From assembly GCA_950097015.1 (NCBI GenBank), contig CATNEN010000037.1, forward strand, positions 4,278,001 to 4,342,000: 64,000 nucleotides of DNA, read 5' to 3'. The position numbers were made by a program, and so were the translations under genes. Below, piece by piece: positions 34,850 to 48,442 of this stretch. Each line of letters opens with the position of its first letter. Position 1 is the first letter of the stretch. The stretch comes from Macrostomum hystrix. Taxonomy: Eukaryota; Animalia; Platyhelminthes. The notes under the pieces were generated by a model. That model had not been told where the DNA came from, did not search any database, and worked only from the letters and a program-made list of their open reading frames with translations.

Positions 34850-36511
34850 AACCAATGGAATGTAGGGCAGCAACCGATGGAATGTAGGACAGCAACCAAT
34901 GGAATGTAGGACAGCAACCGATGAAATGTAGGGCAGCAACTGCAGGGCTGTAGGGCAGCAACCGATGGAATGTAGGACAGCAACCGATGGAATGTAGGAC
35001 AGCAACCGATGGAATGCAGGACAGCAACCGATGGAATGTAGGACAGCAAATGATGGAATGTAGGACAGCAACCGATGGAATGTAGGACAGCAACCAATGG
35101 AATGTAGGACAGCAACCGATGGAATGTAGGACAGCAACCGATGGAATGTAGGGCAGCAACCGATGGAATGTAGGGCAGCAACCAATGGAATGTAGGACAG
35201 CAACCGATGAAATGTAGGGCAGCAACTGCAGGGCTGTAGGGCAGCAACCGATGGAATGTAGGACAGCAACCGATGGAATGCAGGACAGCAACCGATGGAA
35301 TGTAGGACAGCAAATGATGGAATGTAGGACAGCAACCGATGGAATGTAGGACAGCAACCGATGGAATGTAGGACAGCAACCGATGGAATGTAGGACAGCA
35401 ACCGATGGAATGTAGGACAACAACCGATGGAATGTAGGACAGCAAATGATGGAATGTAGGACAGCAACTGATGGAATGTAGGGCAGCAACTGATGGAATG
35501 CAGGACAGCAACTGATGGAATGTAGGACAGCAACCGATGGAATGTAGGACAGCAACCGATGGAATGTAGGACAGCAACTGATGGAATGTAGGACAGCAAC
35601 CGATGGAATGTAGGGCAGCAACCGATGGAATATAGGGCAGCAACCGATGGAATGTAGGGCAGCAACTGATGGAATGTAGGACAGCAACCGATGGAATGTA
35701 GGACAGCAACTGATGGAATGTAGGACAGCAACTGATGGAATGTAGGACAGCAACTGATGGAATGTAGGACAGCAACCGATGGAATGTAGGACAGCAACCG
35801 ATGGAATGTAGGACAGCAACTGATGGAATGTAGGACAGCAACCGATGGAATGTAGGATAGCAACTGATGGAATGTAGGACAGCAACTGATGGAATGTAGG
35901 ACAGCAACCGATGGAATGTAGGACAGCAACTGATGGAATGTAGGACAGCAACCGATGGAATGTAGGACAGCAACTGATGGAATGTAGGACAGCAACTGAT
36001 GGAATGTAGGACAGCAACTGATGGAATGTAGGACAGCAACTGATGGAATGTAGGACAGCAAATGATGGAATGTAGGACAGCAACTGATGGAATGTAGGAC
36101 AGCAACCGATGGAATGTAGGACAGCAACTGATGGAATGTAGGACAGCAACCGATGGAATGTAGGACAGCAACTGATGGAATGTAGGACAGCAACTGATGG
36201 AATGTAGGACAGCAACTGATGGAATGTAGGACAGCAACTGATGGAATGTAGGACAGCAACCGATGGAATGTAGGACAGCAACTGATGGAATGTAGGACAG
36301 CAACCGATGGAATGTAGGACAGCAACTGATGGAATGTAGGACAGCAACTGATGGAATGTAGGGCAGCAACTGATGGAATGTAGGACAGCAACTGATGGAA
36401 TGTAGGACAGCAACTGATGGAATGTAGGACAGCAACTGATGGAATGTAGGACAGCAACTGATGGAATGTAGGGCAGCAACTGATGGAATGTAGGACAGCA
36501 ACCGCAGGGCT
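34850..36511. repeat. 22-bp minisatellite (~75 units)
   Basis: CAACCGATGGAATGTAGGACAG units. Confidence 0.95.
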
Positions 36512-37035
36512 ATCATCTTGTCTTTTTCAATTAGTAAAAAATCTTCATTTTCGAATTACGAATTACGAGCGTAGGATTCAAACTTCGAATTAAAAGTAAC
36601 TTTGGTAAAAATACTGACCAGAAAAAATACTGATCTCACAGAATCAGAATTGATTTAAATCACGTGATATGAAATGCACTTCGATTAAAAATCATTGCCA
36701 TCATACAACTCACTTCAATATCCAATATGCCATAGTTACATAATTATATACTTCAATTTGTTTAGGCATTGTGAAAAATAATTTGAGAAGCTTAGAATAC
36801 CTATATGGATTGACTTTCGCTGGTCAAGTGGAGCTGGGAGTCGAATGATTGAGAAGGCGCGCAGGACACAGAAAGTTGAGCAGCTACCGGCCCGCTTCCT
36901 ATCACGCTAAGCTAAATTTGTACGCCACTAGGAAGCGGTCAGTTGTACGTATTAAGGGATACATAATAATCCACGCATTAGCGCCTCATACGACTGTTCA
37001 TGCCCTAAATGACAGGAACTTACACTTGACACGCA

Positions 37036-37460
37036 TACTTTGAGTGACTGCCCACCAACCCCAGGGTGACAGGCACACTTTGAGTGACTGCCCACCAACC
37101 CCAGGGTGACAGGCACACTTTGAATGACTGCCCACCAACCCCAGGGTGACAGGCACACTTTGAGTGACTGCCCACCAACTCCAGGGTGACAGGCACACTT
37201 TTAGTGACTGCCCACCAACTCCAGGGTGACAGGCACACTTTGAGTGACTGCCCACCAACTCCAGGGTGACAGGCACACTTTGAGTGACTGCCCACCAACT
37301 CCAGGGTGACAGGCACACTTTGAATGACTGCCCACCAACTCTAGGGTGACAGGCACACTTTGAGTGACTGCCCACCAACTCCAGGGTGACAGGCACACTT
37401 TGAGTGACTGCCCACTAACTCCAGGGTGACAGGCACACTTTGAATGACTGCCCACCAACC
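37036..37460. repeat. 40-bp minisatellite
   Basis: CACTTTGAGTGACTGCCCACCAACYCCAGGGTGACAGGCA units. Confidence 0.95.
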
Positions 37461-38619
37461 CTATAGATAATCGGGTACGCATAGTGACTGCTAAACTCTT
37501 GTTTTGGGCAAGTCAAGGGAATTGTTAAAAACCAGTTCAGTTTTAAAGTACATACAGAACTCTGATACAGATACTCTAGTAAGCCTGAGTATTCGACCCC
37601 TAATTTCAGATCTATATTTACCCATCGCACGTAATGTAAGACAAGAACCGTTAAATCTTATAGTGCAAACTGTACAGAAACGCAAACGGCGCCAAGAAAA
37701 AAAACTAAATCTAAAACAGCAGTGATTTTGCAGCTTAGAAATATTATTTTAAAATGGCAATCGACGCGAGTCGATGACAGCTCACATATTACCAGTTGTA
37801 AGTAATAACAAAGAATGAGTATAGAGGCCTATTACTAGTAGTAGTCGAGTGTATTTGTTTTCAGTCATATATCAAGTGTCGAACAGGTGTTGAAGTCGGC
37901 TGTCGCTGCGCTGATATTATGCAATCCTACAGTACACAGACATTATAGTAGTAGGGTATTTATGCAGCAAGGTTTGTACAAAACAAAGCATAAAGATGGC
38001 TTATATTCGCATACTAACAGAAATCGTGTTAGAAAAATGGTAATAGATGTGTCTAAAACGGCAGATTATAATTTATCATAGACTAATAGAGAATGACAAG
38101 GACACTCCCTGAATGAATTGGTGAATAGACCTAAAAACATGTACACTATTAGAGGATAAATGTCATAACAATGATTAAATAAAAGAACAGCACAGAGAGA
38201 CACAGGAGGACACAGGCAGATCAGTGTTAATTAAATTCAGCTTGTTTTCATTGCGCTATAAAATGCCAGGTTTTAATAAAAGGTTGATATAAAAAGATTA
38301 ACAAACGCATAAGAAAATCAATTAGTCAAGTCAAACTCGACCTTAGTCTGTGTCACCTGCAAATAGCAAATAGCTTTACAGATTATTGTTTATTAAACGC
38401 ATATTACATAGTGCATACACTCGCTCTAATTCAACTAGATAATATAGATAGGCTATTCACAGTCTAATGCCATAGACAATACAGAAAACTGTGCTTTGTT
38501 TTTACTTTATTGCCACAACAAACAATAATAAAACAGAGCTGGTAAATAAACAATATTATTTACAGACAAGCAAAAAACAGCTAAGCAACAAGCGCTATTG
38601 AGCCAAGGACCAATAGAGG

Positions 38620-38890
38620 AAGGACGGGATACTTAGTTTCTTGGAAACTTTATTGAAGGCTGATTTTCACGCAAAAATCCACTAACCAGATTTTCAACAA
38701 TTCAGTATAATATTCTCGCAATACACTTATAGTTGATTAGAAAGTGACTGTAAATTGAGTTAGTCACTAGATAGCTATTTTGACTGACTATTTCACGTTT
38801 GAAAAAAAAACGTAAAAAGTTCCCGTTTCGTTAGTGCGTTTGAAAATCAGCCTCTAATAAATTTTCCAAGAAACGAAGTGTCCCATCCTT
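38620..38890. mobile_element. MITE/foldback-like element with ~60-bp imperfect terminal inverted repeats
   Basis: AAGGACGGGATACTTAGTTTCTTGGAAACTTTATTGAAGGCTGATTTTCA ... TGAAAATCAGCCTCTAATAAATTTTCCAAGAAACGAAGTGTCCCATCCTT. No clear TSD. Confidence 0.6.
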
Positions 38891-39445
38891 GCATTTAGCG
38901 AGGACAACTAGATGTAGAGGCAAATTTCACTGGCGATATTTGCCGAATCATTTAAGGACTAAGATTGAGGAAACTCTTGTACATAAAGTGGTCATAGGCT
39001 TCTAGTTTGTAATAAAACGATAATGAGAAAAAAGCTAACAAACAAGTTTATTAAAAACAGCATACTTTACCCAGTAACTAGGCAAAACAAGATGGGTCAA
39101 ATTTTTTAATGCATAAAAAAGAAGCACAATAAATAGACAAAACATCAAATAAGTGTTATCTCTAGCATAGGACACAAAATTATGAAAACTGATCAACCAG
39201 ATTGGGTCTAGCATTTACACACATTCCACTGGCCTAGGCTATCCTTATTTGTGCATAAAAGCCTTAGCGGGTAAGCTGTGCGGCGGGTGCCACTGTGCAT
39301 GGCCGAATCGCGCAGCTCTGAATCTGAATTAAACTAGTCAGTCCATTCAGGTCCGGAAAATGAGGATTTTGGCGGTGAGTTGTCTCTCCAGTTTCTAGAT
39401 GTGCCGAGTTAGCAGGTGTTAAATGAACAACCGCAACGATTCGAT

Positions 39446-42400
39446 TTAAGCCGAATCTGAGTCCGAATCCGAAGAATCCGAGTCTGACGAATCAGACGAG
39501 CTGTCACTCTCCGACGAGCTGCTGGAGTTGCTGCCGCCAGCGGCCGGTTGCGGCGCCGAAGCTCCACCTTGAAGGACGGGGTTGGGGAAGTTATGCAATA
39601 ATTTATTGAAACCAGCGAGATCGGGAGTTCCAGTCCTCGCATTTATCACCTAATGCTTATATTCACCCAGCTATAGAATAGCTTAACTAGGTATAATTTT
39701 GGAGTCTTTTCTTACGATTAGTAACTAAAAAATATAAATAAGAAGTACTTTCTCGGAATCTGTATGGAATATATGCTTACTAATAATAATAATAATAATT
39801 GATTACACCTGTCCCGATCGGGCCAGATGTGCAGCCAACAGCACAGCCGCAGCTATTGCGCGGCGCATCTGAAGACTGCGTACAGCTGTTCAGTCCGTGG
39901 ACTGTGGGACGCCACACCCACCTTCAATTATCCCAGCTGATGCAGTTTATGCAGTGCCCCATTTAACAGCTGGGTGAACTGAAGCAATGCAGAGTTAAGT
40001 GTCTTGCTAAAGGACACAAATTGTTTCAGTGTTGTCGGAAATCGAACCCCCGACCTTCAAGTCGTGAGTCCGACGCCCTAACCACTAGGCTACAACCTCT
40101 GTTTATCCAAAGGTTGTTTCTAACAATTAATCCAAAAAAGAATTCAGACCTACGGTGACGTAACTAGCTGAATTTGAATCTGACTACTACAAGTAATATG
40201 GATTGATGTATTAAGGATTTTTTATAAATAGAAAACAGTTTTTAGAGTAATAATGATGACATTGTGATTTGAGAGTCAAAAATCACTAGCCAAGCTAAAA
40301 CTAATAAGCACCTCATCACTGAGTCGCAGCTAAAACACTCGATGACCTACGAAACGATAAAAATGGTTTGAATCAAGCCTTGTGCTAAGTACTATTCCAA
40401 ATATATATTTGAGGCCAACCTTTTCTAGGCCGCTTCTGCGCGCTGGCTCCGTGCGCAGCCGGGGCTCGTCGTTTGCCAGCAGCCCCAGTAGCAGCGTTGG
40501 CAGCCGCCGCAGGCGCAGCCTTGGCGACTGACGCTGGAGCCGCAGCCGCAGCGGGCTTGGCGTGCAGTACAGAGTGGACGTACTTCTCCAGCTCGCGCAG
40601 GGTGGCATGCTGCAGCGTCTCAAAGTCGATCTCGATTTCGTCCGGATTCGAGTCGCGCAGAGTTGGCTCCCGCTGTTGAATGATTTGAACTACCCGGCCC
40701 AGACGATCGCCAGGCAGGTTGTTGATGTCTAACGATAGCTGGCGTTTCTCCTCGTAGGTCATCGGCTTAGCCGAGGCTGCTTCTTCGTCTGAGGCCCAGC
40801 CAGCGGCGGCAGCGTGAGCCGGCGCCGACTGTTGCTTGCGACCACGGCGGGCGGGCACTGCGCCGCCCTTGCCGAGGGAGCCAGCGGTGGCCGCAGCTCC
40901 GGCGCCACCGCGTTTGGCTGAAGCCGGCGTCGCTGCCGCTGCTGCCACAGTCGACGATTTCTTGCTAGTGGGAGTCGGCGCGGGTGCAGCAACAGGCGGC
41001 TGCTGGGCTGCGGGCCGGCGATCTGCGGCAGCAGCGGCAGCTGTCGCAGGCAAAGCTGGCGTTGACGCTGCCGGGGTTTTCGGTGCCCGGCTGCCAGTGG
41101 TTGTACGACGCTGCTGCTGCTGCTGTTGCTGGGACTGCGACTGCTGTGGCGGCTGCTGTTGCGATTGTTTGCGACCAGCCGGTGTGCCAGCGGCTGATGC
41201 GGCGACAGCCAACTGACGAGAGGCCAGGAGAGCCCGGATCTCTTCTACACAGGCCGTCATCTGATAAACAGAGGCAGAATTCAATACAGTGTTTAAAATT
41301 TACAAGCATACTAACACCGCAATAGTTCAGTTCACTCTGTAAAATTGGCACCAGTATTTGCCACTCTACTGACTGAATTACTGTACACTGCGACTAAAAA
41401 CACTGCAAAAAAGTTTCTGCTGTACATCGGGCCTGACTGGGCTACGTGTAATCAGCATTTTCTTCCTATTCAAACTAACTACTGTCCGTAGAATATATGT
41501 TCACAAACAAATATGACGTATTATTCACCTGAGAATACAACTCCTCGATGCGAATGGACAGTTCGCGGACACGCGCGACGTCTGCAGGCTGAGCAGCCGT
41601 TGACGCATCGGTGGAACTGTTGCCGCCGGCTCCTCCAGAACGCGATAACGAAGCAGGGCCGTGACTGTTGGCATTGACGGTGGGGGCGGGTGCTGCCGCT
41701 GCGGTGGCTGCCGGGCGCCCACTGTTAACGGACTCAGCCGAGCACATACGGCTAAACTGTTCATTAAAGTATTTAAGCAGCTCTTTGCCAACTTTGTAAA
41801 CGTCAGAGTTTTGTGGATTATAGCGGAAGCAGTTATTTAGCATGAGATGAAAGTCGCTAGCGAACTGTTCTCGACTGGTGTACTGGCCGGATTCCAGCTT
41901 CTTGCGAATGGTGCTCAGGTCCATGGGCTCGCTAATCACATCGTAATAGTCAGTTAGGCCCAGAGCCAGCACGTCTACAGGCTCCAGGAAGGGCCAATTG
42001 ATAGCTTTATGCTTGGTCGAGGTCACATCCTTCAGCAGGGCGGCGCAAGCCTTCAGACTGTCTGATTTGTTAACGGAGGCGGTGGCGGTCTGCGTCGGCG
42101 GCTGAGACGGAGGCGTCAGCGGCTCCCGCTTCACGGCTGGCCTCCTGACGGCTGCTCGCCGCTGCGCCTGACTCGGTACCGGCGTCGTCGTCGTAGTAGT
42201 AGTCGCAGACGCAACCGTCGGCGTCGCCGTTGCGGGCGTCGTCGCAGTCGCCGATTTAGCTGGCGGATTCGGCGTAGCCGCTGGTTTGACCGGCTGCGGC
42301 GCAGCAGCTGCCGAAGCTTTTGCCACAGGCGTGCTATCTTCGCGACGCTTCGCCGGCGGCGGCTGCGGCGCAGGTGGCGACTTTTTCACAGTCGGTGGCG

Positions 42401-42836
42401 CTGGCGCTGGCGCTGGCGCTGGCGCTGGCGACGGAGTCGGAGCTGGCTGCTTGCCGGTGACAATCTCCTTTTCAACTGTTGGATAGTTGCGCATCTTCTC
42501 GCGAAAGACAGCTTCGACTTCTTCGGCCATGAATACGACATCTTCGCCGGGCTTATTAAATACGAAGCAATTTAGAAAGATATTATTTATGTCGTCCACG
42601 CATTCTTGACCGCTCTGGTAGACTTTGCCGCTGTTTAAACGATTTTTAACTGTGTTGAGATCCATCGGTTTGAGCACAATATTTGGATAGTCGGGTATGC
42701 ACAGGCGCACTGGGTCGACTGGGGTCTTAAATGGCCAGGCATTCGGCAGCCGCAACAGTGCCGGCAGGGCCTCGCGTTTAATATAGTCGAGCTGGTTGCT
42801 CCAATAGCGCCGCTTTGGCTGCTGCGATTGGTCCAT
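39446..42836 (-). CDS. BET-family double bromodomain + ET protein (BRD2/3/4, Fs(1)h-like), 756 aa; exons 42836..41529, 41260..40420, 39567..39446
   Basis: BD1 [33 protein letters not shown]; BD2 [32 protein letters not shown]; ET domain [34 protein letters not shown]; Ser/Asp (SEED) tail. Phases 0,1 are consistent. A specific paralog cannot be assigned. Confidence 0.93.
39781..40097 (-). mobile_element. SINE family A, copy 2 (in BET intron 2)
   Basis: Reverse complement: GTTGTAGCCTAGTGGTTAGGGCG...GGTTCGATTTCC...GTGTCCTTTAGCAAGACACTTAAC...(TTA)n. Confidence 0.88.
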
Positions 42837-43236
42837 GGCTGCTGCTGCTGCTTCTACTAAAACAGGCTGACAATTTCGGTCTGTAAAATATTTAAACTAA
42901 GCTAATGAGAATGTGTTGTGCACTTAAATAATGAATGTCCAATTCATTGATTTTCGAAACACAACAAAAATATATAGTTTCAATTTTGTGACATTAACTT
43001 ATCATTGCTTATTAGAATATTACTAACTTATTATAAATGCATTATTGAATTGTATAAGCATTTATACACTATGCATTAGAGATTTAGGTAAGCAACAAAA
43101 ATATTTCTAAAGTGGGTGCACTCAGAGGTCAAAGAGTACTTCTCTTAAAGAATGTGAGCAATCAAAATACAAGCAATCCAAGCAAAAGGAAGTAAGAAAC
43201 ATCTATTGAGAAATAAATATATATGTAACAAAATCA

Positions 43237-43450
43237 TACATGTGCAACCTCCCAAATCTTAGCCGGGCATGCGACTTAGTTTGCTCTCATTTGCTCTATT
43301 TTTCTCTCCCCTTTTTCCTCTTCTTCACGCCTTCCTTTTTTGTCCCTTGGTCCCCCTTTGATTTTTTTGCGCTTGGTTGATTGGTTTTTGCGACTTACCT
43401 TGCTTGGCCCTTGTTTCACCCAGCTGGTTTGGCCGGGTGTTGCACATGTA
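43237..43450. mobile_element. Small MITE with TA-flanked terminal inverted repeats (Tc1/mariner-like), copy 1
   Basis: TACATGTGCAAC ... GTTGCACATGTA perfect 12-bp inverted repeat including TA; pyrimidine-rich interior; second copy at 58708. Confidence 0.75.
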
Positions 43451-45886
43451 TGTAACAAAATACATTACACCTAATTACAGGGTCTTATTATTTAGCAAAA
43501 GCTGAATGCAATGAATTAAACTCATAGCTAATTGATACCTCAGGATAAGGTAAGTATTATATTTACCCTAAATCACATCATCATATTATTTAAGTACAAC
43601 AGGCATAGTCACTAATAGTAGGAAAAATACTAAAGCTAAAAGTAAGACACACATAGTATATTAAAGCTACAAAACTTAATACTTAACTATTGACCGATAT
43701 CTGACAGTCATAAATATGTCATTTCTTTTAGATCTAAAAAGTAGGCCTAGACTTACTAGTTTTAACTTTAAATATAATCATTATAGACAATCATTCCCAA
43801 TAATGAGGCTGGTTAGAACCTCAGGTTGAGTAAGACCATCTGCAACATTTTAGTTACTTTTTGCTCCTTGCAGCAAACTGTAGGTCACAAAACTATGTTG
43901 TGGCATAATTTTGTACATGTTATTAAGCAAAAAGTATCAAAAGTACTTAAACAATGGCAGACATCAGTTTCATGTTACATTGTTTTGCACTTTTTGCAAA
44001 TAAGCCACACACAATGCTTTAGGGCTTATTTTTACCTGTGTCCAACATCCGTGCAGGTTTTTTTAAACTGATTCCAATAGAGTACACTAAGGTGGCCATA
44101 CCAACATAATCTAGCAAAAGCTTATACAAACTCCTATAAAATTGCTCTGGCAACTGCTACAACCTTGGCCTAAATTACTAGGTACACCTATAAGCAATCA
44201 ATAGATGAAAATTTTATATCAATTATATTTTTTATTAAGGGTTTATTTCTAATATAGGGGCCTATCTTCTAAATATAGATGTCATTAAACAATTTTTTAA
44301 TCTTAGATTTTTTAGGGGTTTTTTCTAGTAAAATATAGCCATAGGCCCTATTTCATTTTCTTAACTCTTATTGTGCACAAAGTTAAAGTAGTTTCATATC
44401 AGATACAAAAGCTAATTTGTAAAAAATCTCTTTTTTGTCCATGGCATACACTGATACAGTGTTTTAGTTTTTGGCACACTGCAAACATTTGTGTAATTAA
44501 ACTTTTTCTATCACCTTTCTATCACATAGTTTTCTAGCCCCTTGACAAGTACTAGACCTATAAATATAACTAACATATATAGATTATTCTAGAAATTTGA
44601 TGTTGATTGGCATAAGGACCAAGCTAATATGGTCACTGGAAGTCTCAATATATTTGCAATATAAAACAAATTGGTACATAGATGATTGCATTACAAATGC
44701 TTTTCTAAATAGAATAAGCATTATGATTGCCAGTACATCAGCATTTTCCCTATACAATTGGCAATAGTTTACTATTGCATTAGGCGCTAGGCCTACTGCC
44801 TTACTACTGGCATTTTGTATATAAGAGTACAGAAAAATGCATATTATTTATGCACGCAAAGGAGTAAAAAAGAGTTCATTTATGTGACTTTTAAAGTACA
44901 CTGGTCAAAGAAATGAAAAAATAGAGACATTTGTTTCAAGAATATATATAGCTGCAAAAAATCGAAAGTAAGTATAATTTAAATTTGCACTAAAAATGCA
45001 CCTGTAGGACATAGCTATCACGGATTGTATAGAGTTAAAATGTTTTCAAGTTAATTTAGATAAACCTGGTGATTCTATGATTAAGTTGTGTTTTATTTTT
45101 TGCTTGTTGTTTTAATCGATAAAATTTTCTCTAAAATAAACTCGAACATACTGTTCGTATGAATCGGATGAATAACATGCCCGTACAAATTCGGGTGCAT
45201 CTTGGCTACAACCATCTGCATATGCATCTTGATTTATGGCTAGAGAATTTTTTCAACTCGTTTTTATCGCATGCAGTAATTTTTTAATTCAAGCTGAATA
45301 ATTGTTTCCAATATGTAATAAATGCGTTCATACCATTTTAATCATTGAGCACTTTGTTAGCCTTTATTGTCTATAAAGTTCTTGTTTTAAATATAAATAC
45401 ATGTCCATAGCAAATACAGTTTCCTCTTCAAATCAATGAAAATTGTTGCACGGCGCCGCAAACTGTCTGGAAGACAGATCAGAGATAGAATCTTTATAGT
45501 CGGTGATAAGATATTCACAATAATAATATATGCTTGCTGTCCCCATTATTTAATAAAGTTGTTTTCCACCCTATTTGTAAAATAATAGTAAGAAAGAAAT
45601 ATCGAGAGAAATTATGTCGACAAATACTCTAAAATCTATATATTTTTTCAATGAATTTGTTTACTTTTAAAATTGATAGATCAATAAACAAAAGAAAGTC
45701 CTTACGGCGATTAAGATTGATGTAGATCATTATATCAGTGTTTTTGCAAAATATTTTTGTACCAATATTGCATAGCACAACCGCCTGTAGGCAGATAATA
45801 ATCTTGGTTTGCTTCACTGCGTAGTTTATGAAAACTCACAGGAAAGCTCCTGTCACCATGCAATTGAAACACACGAATCCCACGAA

Positions 45887-47500
45887 TTAATTGTGAATCA
45901 CAGAGTAATAGTCCAAGTCTGCCCGGCTGACAGACTTCTCTCCACCAGTTTTCGTTGCCATCTGCTCATCCTGCTGGAAGGCCTCGTTCTCAAAAGAGGA
46001 CACACGGGTGGAACTGCCAACTCTCTCGCTCACCGACTTTGATCCGTCAGCAATGTCCTGCCGGGAGTCCTGGCGCTGGAGGAACTGGCTGAGCCTGACA
46101 GACAGCTCCTGTCTGTATTTCTTGTCAATAGGATATTTGTAGATTAGCGCCAGAGAGACCAGTAGGCACACAATTGGCCCCGGGCCGACTAGATAGCGAA
46201 GCGCCAAGCCGACTTCGTAGGACTGCTCGCATGCCTCCGGGCTCGAGTCGTAGCCAACCAGGGACATGGTGATCTGCGATGCTGCCATGCTGAAACCGAC
46301 CGCGAACTTGTTGAAGAACACGTACAGCGAATAGAATGTGGCCTCTCTGCGGGTGCCATGCTTCAAGAAGTAATCGTCGATGACATCAGGCAGCATTGAC
46401 CAGGGCAGCAGCATGGAAATGCTGATTGCAAAGCCCGACACACTCATCACAAGGTAAAAGGCCCAGACAACGTCCCGAGGAACTAGCATAGCGCACGCCA
46501 GGCACGGGATGAACATTACCACGCCGACACCGAAAATATTCTTCTTTCCGAAGATTTGAATCATGCGATTCCACAGCGGAATGGCCAAAATGGCAATACC
46601 GAGCACACACAGGATGCCATAGCTGGTGTGGTCGCCCAGGCCCAGGCTGTGAGTAGTGTACAGCGCCAGGTTAGTTTGCACCATCTGCACGGCCAGCGAC
46701 ATAAAGAGGAAGGCAAGCATCAGCAGTACATAGGGTCGGAAAGTCAGCACCGCCGTTACATTGGCGAAGAAGCCGTCGCTGGTGACCTGCTTCTCAGCGT
46801 ACTTTTCCTTGATGCCGAATGATCCCGCGATTCCACAGAGAAAGTAGATTCCAACAATGGCTGCCGCACCTATCAGGTAGACTCCTCGCTCCTCTTCTAC
46901 CGTGATTTGGCCCTCCCGGCTGGAGCCGCAGGAGGCGGCGATCCGCTTGGTGCTGATGATGATGCCGAACATGCCAACACCAACAATGGTGCCCAGCAGT
47001 TCGAAGCTCATCCGGAAGGCGGTGGCCGCGTCCTTATCCGCCGAATGTCGAGCGATCAGCATTGTGGACGACGTGTAGGGCACGTGGTAGCAAGTTATCA
47101 GGGTGCAGTACAGCAGGTAGACAATCAGGTAGTACACGAACTTGACCGCATTGTAGTCCTCGGTCACGGGGAATAGGACAATCCACAGGATGAAGAACAG
47201 CGCGCAGCCAATCGGATTGGAGATCATCATCCAAGGCCGCGTCTTGCCAAATCGCGTATCGGTCTTTGACACCAGGTGACCAGCCATCGGGTCCGTGACG
47301 GCGTCCCAGGCGCGGCCTACGAAGAGGATGACGGAGACATAGTAGGGCGGCAGCTTGGCCACCTCCAGCATGAAGATGTTGAAGAAGAAGCCGACAACGT
47401 TTGATGACATCTGCAGCGGAGGAGCCGCCAAGCCGAACAGCAGCTTGCGCACCAAAGTCAGCTCCGTCTTGGGCTCGGCATCTGCCTTGTCAACAGACAT
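45887..47500 (-). CDS. MFSD2A: MFSD2A/B-like sodium:lysolipid symporter (GPH family of MFS), intronless CDS
   Basis: ILFVGRAWDAVTDP, RFGKTRPW, VPYTSSTM, LPWSMLPDVIDDY, EATFYSLYVFFNKFAVG, YPID. Likely ATG at 47500 after CCGCAG acceptors; an in-frame ATG also exists at 47584. A vs B paralogy is not resolvable. Confidence 0.85.
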   Translation of the reverse strand: MSVDKADAEPKTELTLVRKLLFGLAAPPLQMSSNVVGFFFNIFMLEVAKLPPYYVSVILFVGRAWDAVTDPMAGHLVSKTDTRFGKTRPWMMISNPIGCALFFILWIVLFPVTEDYNAVKFVYYLIVYLLYCTLITCYHVPYTSSTMLIARHSADKDAATAFRMSFELLGTIVGVGMFGIIISTKRIAASCGSSREGQITVEEERGVYLIGAAAIVGIYFLCGIAGSFGIKEKYAEKQVTSDGFFANVTAVLTFRPYVLLMLAFLFMSLAVQMVQTNLALYTTHSLGLGDHTSYGILCVLGIAILAIPLWNRMIQIFGKKNIFGVGVVMFIPCLACAMLVPRDVVWAFYLVMSVSGFAISISMLLPWSMLPDVIDDYFLKHGTRREATFYSLYVFFNKFAVGFSMAASQITMSLVGYDSSPEACEQSYEVGLALRYLVGPGPIVCLLVSLALIYKYPIDKKYRQELSVRLSQFLQRQDSRQDIADGSKSVSERVGSSTRVSSFENEAFQQDEQMATKTGGEKSVSRADLDYYSVIHN

Positions 47501-48442
47501 TGCTGCGGAATAGCTGCGGGTCAAGAAGCGGGTAAATGTACGGATAGCAACTATCATTTGAGGGTCTCGAGTATTATCATTCATATCACTCTTGTAAATG
47601 AATATTTTTAGTAATATTTTTTCCAGTTTTTACAGCAATGAACGCAGATGAAAAGCAAAATCACCTACTGTACCTGTTTTACTGCCGAAACAAGCTTTGG
47701 TCCTGGAAATTAAATATTCTTAGAACTTTAGGCTGTCGTGAAATGTGAAAAAGTCAGCTTAGAGCTATTGAAAGCGAACCGTTTTAATCTGGAGCTTAAA
47801 AGCGTTAGTCAATCAGCTGGGTACGTAGCTGAGGCTTAAAGAGCTCGATCTTATCTATCTCATTCTGCAAGGTGCTATCACTAATCAGATAGTCATGTAC
47901 TGTTGAACATTCATAGCTGTGAGTTTTTTCTTCTGGTCGGCATGGAGATAGCCAGAAAGTGAACATTAACCCATTTGAGAATACTTTTGCTTTTTGAATA
48001 TTAGCTTTTTAGACAATTCGCTTTCTTGATACCGCGTGGCGTATCGTCGACTTTCTAATATTCACTGGGCACATAACTCAATAGGAAGGAGATAAGTAGG
48101 GTTTCGCAAGTAGTCCTTGGCTTAATAAAATAGTTTACTTTTTGTTATTCGACTCGTACTCAGGGACAAAAAATAATATTTATTTAGTATCTAGTAGTCC
48201 CCGCTCGTACTACATTTTCGACTACTGGTTGGAAGGACGCGTCACTTACCTGCCACCTACCTGCACCCGGGTTGCGATTTTAATCTGGAGTATACAAAGC
48301 ATCTGTTAGCAGAAGACAAAGACGCTTACCATTTTAAGGTTACCAAGTACTGATTTGAAGCTCCGCATTCGAAAGCTTTTTTGCAAAGTAGTATACATAT
48401 TTTTTTTTGGCGATCTCCAGCGGTGCAATTCCCAAGGGTGGA

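Noticed and set aside
34582-36516. Three 550-644-aa minus-strand ORFs
   Set aside because: All three frames are open because the 22-bp unit has no stop on that strand. The same applies to the repeat ORFs at 7944, 14274, 19016, 20216, 23736, 25326, 28954 and 36998.
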